DNA of 64,000 nucleotides from an uncultured Acidobacteriota bacterium (GTDB lineage: Bacteria; Acidobacteriota; JAQAZP01), in assembly GCA_963836075.1 (NCBI GenBank), contig CAWIIB010000001.1:32001-96000 (forward strand), read 5' to 3'. The notes under the pieces are model-generated. The model saw only the letters and a list, made by a program, of their open reading frames with translations, was not told the origin of the DNA and ran no database searches. This document shows, one piece after another, positions 1 to 9,840 of the stretch (its first letter is position 1; each line of letters begins with the position of its first letter). The translations under genes and the position numbers were made by a program.

Positions 1-296
1 AGCCGAAACCATGCCCAGGCCAAGCCCCAGCACCAAGGCACGATGAATCGAGTAATCACGGGTCAAGGAGTTCACCATCCTCTCCGCGGCAGTGATGGAA
101 TGACAGAAGGTCCAGGTCAGCTTATCCCTGATCCCGTTGATGTTTCAGGTTTGCTGTCCCGTGTCTGGATCGATAATCTCGACACCCAACCGTTTGCTCA
201 AAACTGAAAATGAACTACTATTGCGGCAGGCGCTGGAGAACCTCGCAAGGCACACCACCGGATCTCGAGACATGGTCTGAGGAATAAGGAGGCCCC

Positions 297-738
297 ATGA
301 AGATTCGGCTCATGAATGTAGACGATTTTGACGCGGTGCTGGAGATCGACAAGAAGGTACTCAACATTTCTCGGCTAGAGTACTATGAAATGAAGTTTGA
401 TAAGCTGTTCCATTCCAAGGAGTTTGTACCTACATCTCATGGTGGCGGAGTCAGAAGATGGCAAGGTGGTAGGGTTTGTGATGGGAGAGCTCTACGTCGG
501 AGAATATGGAATATCGCGAGACGGGGCCACCATAGACACCATCGGTGTTGATCCCCAATACCATAAAAAGGGGATTGGCAAGCAGCTGATGAGTGAATTT
601 ATTGCTCATCTGAGGGATCTCGGTGTCAAACGGATAAATACGCTGGTGGACAGGAATGACGCCGAGCTGATCAAGTTCTTTCAATCGAATGAATTTGATT
701 CCTCAAAAAGCATGATCAATCTAGAAAGGAGCATTTAA
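297..738 (+). CDS. GNAT family N-acetyltransferase (one apparent 1-nt frameshift near 438)
   Basis: RBS AAGGAGG before ATG 297. ORFs 297..551 and 397..738 join into MKIRLMNVDDFDAVLEID...VAESEDGKVVGFVMGE...TIGVDPQYHKKGIGKQLM, with the acetyl-CoA motif VDP..HKKGIG. Confidence 0.85.
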
Positions 739-767
739 GGCCGCCGCCTGCGCTCCTTGCACGCTCC

Positions 768-1674
768 CTATTGGTACAGGGCGACAACCGGCCGGGCCTC
801 GATGTACCCGCGGTAGCCCAGGGGGATGAGCTGGAACCGCGGCGCGCTGTCGTCGGCTTAGCAATAGCCCGCTGCGGTTGGATCGTAGCTGGAGATGGCC
901 TCTCGCACCTGACCGATGGCCTCCTCGAAGTCTTCGTCCTGGAAAGGGTTGCCCCTGGAACACCATCATCTGGCAGGGCGGCAGCTCCACCACCTCATAG
1001 CCCTCCGGAGCGCTCCCGGCGTAATCTGACGGGACTTCCACCCCCTGCACATACTCGGAGCTGTCCGGCGCCCGGAGGAGCTCGGGGAGCCACAAGCCCA
1101 TTGGTTCGTGGATCGAGTCCTTGATCTCCGACAGCACATCCCAGACCTCGCAGCCTACCTCCTCACAATACTCGAGGTAATGGGTGGCCTTGGCGCCCCG
1201 CGTGAGGATCAGCTTCCGCTCGGGTCGCTGGATTATCTGACAAATTCGGTGTTGGGGGACTGGTTCTTGGGTTCCATGTAAATCTCTCCTTTCGTGCGGG
1301 ACAGGGCGAGCTCGCGGGCGCGGGGCGGGAAGAACAGCTTGCTTCGCGGCCGCTGCCGGCGAAACTCTCTCGGCGACATGCCGAATTGCCTGGCAAAGGC
1401 CTTGGTGAAGCCCTCATGTGAGTCGAAGAGCAAATCAAAGGCCACGTCGATGATCCTCCCCTCCCCGGCCGACAGCCGCGAGGCCGCCACCGACTGCCCG
1501 GCGTAGCGGATATACTCGAAGGGGGTCTTGCTGGTCACCTCCTTGAAGATCCGGGCGGTGTACCAGGGGGAGTAGCGGGCGGCGCGGGCCAGTTGCTGGA
1601 GCGTGATGGGCTCGCGGAGGTGCTGCTCGAATTAGGCCTGGGCCCGGTGAACAGCCTCGATCTTGGCTTTGCAT
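768..1674 (-). CDS. AraC family transcriptional regulator with C-terminal effector domain (several frameshifts)
   Basis: Pieces across frames read EQHLREPITLQQLARAARYSPWYTARIFKEVTSKTPFEYIR, IIDVAFDLLFDSHEGFTKAFARQFGMSPREFR (AraC HTH) and EYVQGVEVP...GYRGYIEARPV, ending at TAG 768-770. Confidence 0.8.
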
Positions 1675-1959
1675 GATCTCTTCATCTTGTCTGGAGATTA
1701 GCACCATCCTCGGGGTGGTTCTTGACCGCGGTTGTCAAAGTGACACATTTTTTGGACGAAGACATGGTAGGTGCTGCCCCGGTGACCTGGCGAGGGATCT
1801 GGCACTCTGCTGGGGACCTGCGCTAATACTTGCCGGTAGCCAGCTGCAAATTTCGGCGGATACCTCTATCATGTGGACGATGAGCTACGCGACGGGGCCG
1901 GCCCGCCAGATCATGACCAGCGAGTGGTCGCCCGGGACCAGGGGATCGAGGCCCAGGTC

Positions 1960-2210
1960 AGCGCGGACACGACGCCTTTGCAGGGCGCAGAGCGGTTCGC
2001 CGGGATCCCGTGGCCCGCAGCAGGATCATAAAAGCAGTAGCGGCTGGACTCGGCGCAGCCGTCGTACTCCACGCAATCGTCAGGCTCGCGGATGAGGGGG
2101 TCGGTGGAGGTCCCGGCGCAGCCGTGTCTGGCGGTCCAGAAGCTCACCTGCTGCTCACCATACTGCCCAGGGTAGTCCTGCCAATCCTGAAAGTTCAGGG
2201 CCCATTTCAG
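1960..2210 (-). pseudogene. C-terminal fragment of a putative alpha/beta-hydrolase esterase (PHB depolymerase/feruloyl esterase-like)
   Basis: FWTARHGCAGTS...DCVEYDGCAESSRYCFYDPAAGHGIP resembles the C-terminal GHxxP region of such esterases. Cut off where the IS91 remnant begins. Confidence 0.35.
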
Positions 2211-3106
2211 CGGGGGTCAGGGTGGGGATGGTTGTGGTGCCCCAGCGCTTCGGTGACCGGGTCAACCCCCACATTCCCCTCCATGCTCTGTCGAGTGGCG
2301 GGGCCTTCGACTCCGCTGGCGTCTTCCACCCGATGCCCTTCGACATGCAGGGGGACATCGAGGTGCTCGAGCGGCTGTTCGCCAAGCGGGTGCTCGACCT
2401 GATGGTGCGGCGAAAGCGCCTGAATACACGACTTCGCGACGAGATGCTGACGTGGGAGCACAGCGGGTTCTCGATGGACGGATCGGTCAAGGTGGTGGTG
2501 GGGGATTACGGGCGCCTAAGAAGGCAGGTCCGCTACCTGGCCCGTCCGGCGGTGTCGGCGGAGCGGGTGGCGTATGACAAGGCCGGCGGCACGGTCACCG
2601 TGCGAAGTTCGAAGAAGGTGCACGGAGTCCGCCCGGTGGTGGCCCAGTATGACGCGCTGACCTTCCTGTCCCTGCTGGCGCTGCAGGTGCCGCCGCCCGG
2701 GGTACACATGGTGCGCTACTACGGCCACTACTCGGTGCGGAGCCGGGCCGAGCGGAGGAGGAGGGCAGGGGAGGGGCCGGCGGCTATGCACAACGAAGCC
2801 CCACCGCCGGCGAGCGAGCGGCGGCGGCGCTGGGCGGAGTTGATCCGCCTGGTGTTCGAGGTTGATCCCTTGCGCTGCCACAAGTGCGGGGGCGAGATGA
2901 AGATCATCTCGTTCATCACCACGGCCCAGGACGAGGTGATCCGCCGCATCCTCGAGCACCTGGGGGTGAGCACGGTCGTTCCCCGGGCCCACGGGCCGCC
3001 CGAGTGGGCGGTGAAAAGCGAGCAGGCGGTTCAGGAGGCGTCGTCCCGGGACGAGGAGGACTTTTCGCAGGCGCCGCCCGGTTGGGACGAGTGGGAGCCC
3101 GCGTGA
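2210..3106 (+). CDS. IS91-family (Y2/HUH rolling-circle) transposase, N-terminal zinc-binding part missing
   Basis: QRFGDRVNPHIPLHAL (HUH-like), WEHSGFS, RYLARP, VRYYGHYS, and a C-terminal FEVDPLRCHKCGGEMKII...IRRILEHLG zinc-finger motif typical of Y2 transposases. Confidence 0.8.
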   Translation, partial: AGVRVGMVVVPQRFGDRVNPHIPLHALSSGGAFDSAGVFHPMPFDMQGDIEVLERLFAKRVLDLMVRRKRLNTRLRDEMLTWEHSGFSMDGSVKVVVGDYGRLRRQVRYLARPAVSAERVAYDKAGGTVTVRSSKKVHGVRPVVAQYDALTFLSLLALQVPPPGVHMVRYYGHYSVRSRAERRRRAGEGPAAMHNEAPPPASERRRRWAELIRLVFEVDPLRCHKCGGEMKIISFITTAQDEVIRRILEHLGVSTVVPRAHGPPEWAVKSEQAVQEASSRDEEDFSQAPPGWDEWEPA

Positions 3107-3326
3107 GACCCGGATCAGGGAGCGAGGACCCTTGGGGGACGACTCCGTTCGAATCACTCTTCGTCGCGGGCGATTCTCGTCATCGGGTCACGATCCCCCT
3201 CGTTGATCAGTCGGGGGCGCACCCACCAGCGGACAACCGGTCGATTTCCGCAGGAAAGCCCCTTCAGGTTCGACCAGCACGCTCTCATCCGGCATGAGCG
3301 GCTTGACGCTCGGAAAGGAAATCCCT
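2210..3326 (+). mobile_element. IS91-family element remnant, 3' end up to a putative oriIS split by the IS110 insertion (continues at 4968-4971)
   Basis: About 220 bp downstream of the transposase stop, removing the IS110 restores GGAAAGGAAATCCCTATCC, which resembles the AAATTCCTAT-type oriIS of IS91/ISCR elements. Confidence 0.6.
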
Positions 3327-3540
3327 TCTATGAGATTCGATGTCAAGACACATCTTCCCTGTACGCTCGAAGCACGTGGCATCGAACGTCTGACCCGCAG
3401 GCCATTGCAGCCGTTACAACAAAGCCGAGATCCTCTTCGCATGGGGTCATCGATCAACTGGAGTGGACCTGATGGTATCAGGATATCGCCACTCCAGATC
3501 TTCCCGGCGGTATCAAAGCGGTGATGTTCTTCAGAATGCG

Positions 3541-3738
3541 AGAACCACCCTTCTATTCGGGTCTCCGTGGACCATTGCCTTATTCGGTTCTTCGAGGGGG
3601 CATAACCTACCCTAGGGGTCTCCAACTGGTGGGACCAGGAATTCCTTGGATGCTTCCCCTCGAACCTTTTTCGCCTCGGACCGCTTTGTCTGCTCGGATT
3701 GTCTTCAGCTGTTTTGCTGCTACGGCCGGCAAGGCGAG
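3541..3738 (-). ncRNA. Candidate bridge RNA/seekRNA of the IS110 element (ends approximate)
   Basis: Two consecutive stem-loops with internal loops: 3664-3591 (TTCGAGGGG...CCCCTCGAA, inner CTGGT/ACCAG) and 3591-3541 (AGAACC...GGTTCT, inner GGTC/GACC). Loop segments match the element's target and donor junctions. Confidence 0.7.
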
Positions 3739-4798
3739 TTATGCCGCTTTCTTTTGATACTTCGCCGGGTCGTATGCCTCCTTGTTTTTCCACATGGCCA
3801 GGGTGATGGCCGCGATCCTGCGGGCGATGGTCAGCTTGGCCAGATTGGGTTTGACCTTCTCCTCGAGAAGCCGGCGGTAGTCGCTGTACAGCGGGTTCTT
3901 CGGCATCTGGGTGATCACCGTTGTGGCCGCACCCTTGAAGACCGCTTTGGCTGTGCGATTGAAGTTGCGATTGAGGCCACGTGTTCTCGTCACCGGTGCT
4001 TTCATCCACTGACTGTTTGGCTGCTGAACCCAGTCCGAAGAGGACCGCATGACGATGGCCAGACCACAGTAGGCCCAGAACTGCCGTGACGTTCTGAAGC
4101 GATGAGGAGAGACCACGATGGCCAGCAGCTGGGCGACACGGACCGGCCCCAGGCCTGGGGCGGTTTCCAGCACTTTGGCAATGGCATGTTTGTGAGCTTC
4201 GGCCACCAAGGCCTGCTGTGCGTCGGCTTTGATCCCCTCCAGGATATCCAGTTCCTGGCAGAGCAGCTGAACGGACTGACGAGTCCCACCGTTGAGCCGT
4301 TTCAGTTCTTCCTCCCTCCTCCCCGCCGAGTAGACCGCTTTGCCCGCACCCGGCTGAACACCGCGGGAACGATAAAAACTCTTGATCCGGTTCTTGGTCC
4401 GCACCACGTCCCCGGTAACCATCCCGTAGGCCCGGGCCAGGTCGCGTAAACTGGTGAAGGCCAGCGGCGCCTTGAAGATCTTCGCTCCCAGTGCACCCGT
4501 TCGCATCCGCTCGGCCAGGGCCATCCGCATCCAGTTCGTCGCTCTTGTTCCCCTGACTCTTTTCCCCGCGAACCACCGCGATCTCGTGACGTATGGGTGC
4601 CAGCAGCTCGAACAGCCACTGACTTTGAGTGCCCTCCTCGAGGCAGAGGTGCAGTCGTCCGGGAATCAGCCGAAGATACTCCACCAACGACTGGCCGTTG
4701 GTTTCCACCACATCCGTCCGGAGCGTTTTGCCCTTCTCGCTGAGCACGGCAAAAGTGCAGCTTGACGAATGGCCGTCCAGTCCGATAAAACGGTTCAT
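3739..4798 (-). CDS. IS110 family DEDD recombinase/transposase (frameshift near 4530)
   Basis: RBS AGGAGG. FIGLDGH, CLEEG and KSDELDA supply the DEDD residues. C-terminal half has LETAPGLGPV, RFRTSRQFWAYCGLAIVMRSSS (catalytic Ser region) and IARRIAAITLAMWK. Confidence 0.92.
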
Positions 4799-5278
4799 GT
4801 GTATCCTCCTTTGATTGTGGATAGAACTTAGTTTTGGGATAACCAAGTTTGCCCCACGGCAAAGGAGGATGCCAACTTTTGTTGCTTGGACGCGTTGGGG
4901 TTGGCTTGCGCATCGGCTTGGTCCCTGGGAAAGCGGTGCGTCAGACGGGATATCTCGTATAATGCCTATCCTTTTGTACCAGTATCAAACCCTACGAGAG
5001 ACTATCAGTGCATTAGGTGGAAAAAATTTGCCACCAGGCTGCCCGCGGATGGCGAAAGTGTAAATAAATTCTTACAGTTGTTTGGCGTCATTGATCACAC
5101 GGCAGGATGAAATCGACGGATACTATTTAATTTGTGGGACTTAGACGGTAGAAACAAACTGACAACACGATGTATCCTCTTATGGCATAGTCGTTGCGAT
5201 ATGGTAGAATGGGTATCGACCAGATTACAGTGCAACTCGAAAAATCGGAGCATAGTTGCGGTTATGCAGATACATCTC

Positions 5279-7447
5279 ATGAAAATCGTTAGCACCCTTA
5301 TCATAATGCTTTCTGTTTCTGGTTCCGGGCACGGCTCTTGCCGTCATTGAAATCGGTGAACTGAGTTTCGACGACCTCGCCTTCCGAGGACCGGATCATG
5401 TCCACCGATTACACCGGGCTGATCGATGCCTGCCCCGGCTACGAGGTGGCCGACTTGGGAGCGACGCTTGTTTGGGATCGGACCTCAATACCTGGATCGA
5501 TTACGGACCCCACGATTTCTTCCCGGGAGAAGATGGGGACTTCAACAGCACTGCGCCGCCGACCCAGTATTTCGAGCTGGCCTTTGTGGACAACCTGGCC
5601 ATAAATGAATCTGGACCTGATATCGCTATTTTTGAGCTTGGCGGGGCCCAATGCCGTGCCAGTTAGTCTGGATATGGACTCGATCCTCAACCCGGGCGCG
5701 CTCACCAGCAACGAGGTAGTGGTGACCACGTCGTTGCTGGCAACTAACATCTGCGGCGAAACAGTCAACGTGGGTTACCTGGAACTGGACGGATCTCGGT
5801 TTGTCACCAAGGTGAGACGATCTACCGGTTGTTTCTCTCCTCTCCGCTGGGGGTTAATGGGGAGATCTGCGCGCCGCCCACCGGCTATGCAAACCTCGGG
5901 GTACCGGAGATCGCTGCCGTTGGCGCTCTTCTACTCAGGCCCGGAAACTCAATGATGCTCCTCTGGTGGACGAGTTGGAGGGTGTGATGGGCCAGCCTGT
6001 CCTGATGCGGACCATCCACCTGCATGCCGTGGCCCGGGATGACGGTTTGCCCGTTGGCGGTCAGCTCAGCTGTCGAGTGGATCGTGGAGCAGGCCATCGG
6101 GCCGGTGGACTTTGACGATCAGAATCAGTTTGAGACAGACGTCCACCTCAGCAGTTGAGGGATATTACCAGTTCCTGGCTGAGGTCAGCTGACGGAGAAC
6201 TGACCACCACGCGGACCATATCGATAATGGTCAGTATCCCCGACAGCACGCCACCAAGCACGCCGGACGGGCTGGATGGCTGGGCCACCTCCGGTTCGAG
6301 GATTGAGTTGGTTTGGAACGATGCCACCGACAATGTTGATGTATCGCATTACGAGATTTACCGTGACGGCTCGCTGGCCGGGACAACCACGGAGACTTCA
6401 TATGTGGACGAGGAGAGCCTCCAACTTCTCACCTCATACGCCTACGAGGTGGTGGCGGTGGATATCTCGGACAATCCCTCGACCGCCAGCGATTCGGTGG
6501 TGGTGTCCACCCTAGGCCAGATCGTCGAAGTGCTGGTGGGCTCGGCCAGTGACGACGCGGAAGAGGAACTGGACGGTACCGTGGTGCTGGGCAGCTCCGA
6601 TCTCGACATGGTGGACAACGGTGCGGCCGGTCTGCAGGTGGTGGGCCTGCGCTTTTCCTCGGTGGCCGTTCCGCAGTTTGTCGAGGTGCTTAGCGCCTGG
6701 ATCACGTTCACCGCCGATGGGACCGAGACAGACCCGGCCTCGCTGGTGATCAGGGCGGAGGACAGCGGAAATGCCGCCCCCTTCACCACGGATCCCATGA
6801 ATCTCTCCACCCGCAGCACAACGACCGCCTTAGTGGCCTGGGACAACCTACCCCAGTGGCCGGCGGAGCATTATTTTCACAGCAGTCCGGATCTGACCCT
6901 GGTGGTTCAGGAACTGTTCAACCATCCGGACTGGGCGGAGGGCAACGCCATGGCCTTCCTGATCAGCGGCACTGGCCTGCGGCGCGTCAAGTCGTTCGAG
7001 GGTGGCTATGTGCCATGGCTCCGATGTCCACGTCGAATACGAGTGGCAGAATACCCTGGCGGACCTACTCAGTTTCGTGGCCAAGCTGAGCAGGCCGGGT
7101 AAGCCTGGAGTGGGAAACCGCCAGCGAAGTGGACAACGCCGGGTTCAATCTCTGGCGCTCGGATTCAAAGAATGGACCATACAAGCAGATCAACAAAGAA
7201 CTGATCCCGGCCGAAGGCGGTGTCAGTTGGGGTGCCCACTATCAGCTCATCGATGACCGCGTGAGCAGCGGGAAGACTTATTACTACAAACTGGAAGACG
7301 TCAATTTCGCTGGGATCAGTACTTCCATGGCCCGGTTGAGGCCATAGTCCAGGTCCTGGGGGCCGTATTGCCTTCATGACAGCACGCCACCCGGCACGCC
7401 GGCTCCCATATACCGGTGAAGTCTTTCCACTGCCACTCTGCAGCTGA
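5279..7447 (+). CDS. Secreted multidomain protein with PKD-like and fibronectin type III domains (multiple frameshifts)
   Basis: Signal-peptide-like MKIVSTLIIMLSVS. Then DDGLP...VSDGELTTT (PKD-like), DSTPPSTPDGL...IELVWNDATDNVDVSHYEIYRDG (FN3), SDDAEE...GLRF...SPDL module, and LEWETASEVDNAGFNLWRS...YYYKLEDV. Confidence 0.65.
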
Positions 7448-7453
7448 TCGGCA

Positions 7454-8263
7454 GTGAACTTGCTCCTCATGGTCCGTATGGACCAGTGCACTGCGAGCAC
7501 TACCGGCCCCGGCGGCAGGAACGGACCAACCTGCACCTCGCGGCCGCGAGAACCTGCAGCTGTTCTGCGACGCCCGTTTTACCGTAACCGCCAGTTGCTC
7601 ACCGGTCTCTGCCGTTCGGCACCGGCGGCAAGATCGACACCTTGTTGCACAAAGCTGGGGCCGAGGACCTTCTGGCCGCCGCGACATTGATCGGCTGCTA
7701 CCATGGCCGAGGCCGTGACGAACTGGTCCACCGCGCATTAAGGACTTCATCGACGAGCAGCTGCCGTTCAAACGGTTCCAGCAGAATCATGCCTTCTACT
7801 ACATGGCGCTGATCGCCTTTGCCCTGTTCGAGGCATTCAAGGTCGATGTCTCCGATCCGGTCGTGTCGGGCACCGCCTATCCCACAACGCTGCTGCGAAC
7901 CATAATCGACGTGGCCGACAAGATCGTCTCTCATAGCGGACAAATCGTTCTGAAGGTGACAAGGCCGGTGTTGAGGCGGCTGCGGTTCGACGAACTCTGG
8001 CGCCGTTGTTCTTGCCGCCACCGATCCCCAGGCTGGCGTAGCCGGCGGTCGGAAAAATCAAAATAAAACACGGATCGCAACCGTTCCAAGGGACCGGTGT
8101 TGTCATCGATGTCGCAATCGGCAGGGAGTCCAGGGGAAACCGCGGGTTTCACGGATTTCGTCCCCACTCACCCGATCCGCCGGGCAGCCGTAGGGATTTG
8201 ACCGAAGGAACCGGAATCTCGGCGTGGAAATCAGAAGGGAGTCAGGGAATCACTCAATTTAGG
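7454..8263 (+). mobile_element. IS1380-family remnant (C-terminal transposase fragment and right end)
   Basis: YHGRGRDELVHRALKDFIDEQLPFKRFQQNHAFYYMALIAFALFEAFK. The end ACTCAATTTAGG (8252-8263) resembles the ISEcp1-type IRR ...AATTTAGG. Confidence 0.7.
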
Positions 8264-8321
8264 TTATATTATATGATCCCGAAATCCTGGATCGGGTCGA
8301 TTCGTTAAACGTGGAGTTTCC

Positions 8322-9494
8322 ATGAGAAAAATCCGTATCGCACTGGTGGCTGGCGCAAGGCCTAACTTCATGAAAATCGCACCCGTGCTGGATGCAATGC
8401 GCGAGAGGCCGTGGGCATTACCATCTCTCATCCATACCGGTCAGCACTATGACGATGCCATGTCCCGGGCCTTTTTTCAGGATCTGGGAATTCCCGAGCC
8501 CGACATCAACCTTGGCGTGGGATCGGGGAGTCACGCTTGGCAGACCGGGGAAATCATGAAAAAAATAGAACCGGTTCTGATGAAACTGAAGCCGGACCTG
8601 CTCATTGTGGTTGGCGATGTCAACTCTACGCTTGCCGCATCGATCACAGCAGTAAAAATGGGAATCAAGGTCGCCCATGTAGAGTCTGGGTTAAGAAGCT
8701 TCGATCGTCAAATGCCTGAGGAGATTAACCGCCTGGTCACTGATGCGATAGCCGATTACCTTTTTACAACCGAGCCAAGCGCCAATGAAAATCTGGCCCG
8801 GGAAGGAGTACCTCCTGAAAGAATATTTTATACCGGTAATATCATGATCGATACTCTGGTCCGGCAGATGGGGAAGGCCTCCTCCTCCTCGGTGCTGACT
8901 CGTTTCGATCTTTTACCAAAGAGCTATGCGCTGCTCACACTTCACCGGCCCTCAAATGTTGATGATGAATCGTCTTTCAGGGCAATATTTTCAGCGCTTT
9001 ACCGGCTGCAAAAGCTGTTGCCTATTGTTTTCCCAACCCACCCCCGCACGATGCAGAGAATTCGAGAGATGGGTTTCGCTCAGGTTCTCCAGGAATTGAG
9101 TGACGGTTCCAGATGGCATAATCTCAGCGGCGACCTCAAATCGCCACAGAGGGATAACCTGGGTCTATTCTTCCAGGAACCGTTGGGCTATCACGATTTT
9201 CTCAAGTTGACGATGGAGTCCCGGTTGGTGCTCACCGATTCTGGAGGAATTCAGGAGGAAACGACTTACCTGGGGATTCCCTGCCTTACTCTTCGTGAAA
9301 ATTCAGAAAGACCAATTACCCTGACCATGGGGACCAATGTTCTGGTGGGCAAGGATCCGGAGATGATCGTTCGCGAATCAAAGAAAGTGCTTGGATTCTC
9401 CACTGGCGGAGCGGTGGTCCCTGAATTGTGGGACGGACATACCGCACAACGGATATTGGATGTAATCGCCCGCTTGTTTAACATTCATTCCTAA
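8322..9494 (+). CDS. wecB: UDP-N-acetylglucosamine 2-epimerase (non-hydrolysing)
   Basis: VAGARPNFMKIAP, HTGQHYD, GDVNST, HVESGLRSFDRQMPEEINR, TDSGGIQEE. Confidence 0.95.
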   Translation: MRKIRIALVAGARPNFMKIAPVLDAMRERPWALPSLIHTGQHYDDAMSRAFFQDLGIPEPDINLGVGSGSHAWQTGEIMKKIEPVLMKLKPDLLIVVGDVNSTLAASITAVKMGIKVAHVESGLRSFDRQMPEEINRLVTDAIADYLFTTEPSANENLAREGVPPERIFYTGNIMIDTLVRQMGKASSSSVLTRFDLLPKSYALLTLHRPSNVDDESSFRAIFSALYRLQKLLPIVFPTHPRTMQRIREMGFAQVLQELSDGSRWHNLSGDLKSPQRDNLGLFFQEPLGYHDFLKLTMESRLVLTDSGGIQEETTYLGIPCLTLRENSERPITLTMGTNVLVGKDPEMIVRESKKVLGFSTGGAVVPELWDGHTAQRILDVIARLFNIHS

Positions 9495-9840
9495 CACCTC
9501 CTCGTTGCGAGGGGGCGGTACCGCCTTTTGCGTCAGAAAGAATAAAGGAGAATGCCGCCAGGGGGCGTTCTCCTTGAGAAGCACAGCAGGTGCGAAGGAA
9601 AATCATAGAGCGGGTCTGCCAGTGATGACAGTGTTTGGCTGTCTCTGACCCTCGTCCGCCGGCATTCAACTCAATATGGACGCGACTATTCTGTATCGAT
9701 CTGCTTCGTTCCGAGCTATGAAAGTAACGATTTGTCAGAATGACTTTCCCCGCTCGTTTGTCTCCGTTTGCGAGATTGTAATATACTGATTTGTAGTGCT
9801 CAATGGGTATGAATTACCAGAGAGAAGAGGGAATCGACAA

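Larger units (their letters stand above)
3324..4967 (-). mobile_element. IS110 family element, IS1111-type (long 3' non-coding end, sub-terminal IRs, CCT core at both junctions)
   Basis: CCT at 3324-3326 and 4965-4967. Sub-terminal IR TATGAGAT (3329-3336) / ATCTCGTA (4952-4959). DEDD recombinase gene inside, followed by ~410 bp of non-coding sequence. Confidence 0.8.

Noticed and set aside
1-78. Minus-strand ORF start MVNSLTRDYSIHRALVLGLGLGMVSA running off the window
   Set aside because: Too short to support a call.
2010-2402. 130-aa hydrophobic plus-strand ORF
   Set aside because: Antisense to the esterase-like fragment and overlapping the transposase; no independent support.
3188-4846. 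552-aa ORF spanning the IS110 element
   Set aside because: Only the first ~110 aa are the recombinase N-terminus; the rest is off-frame read-through after the frameshift.
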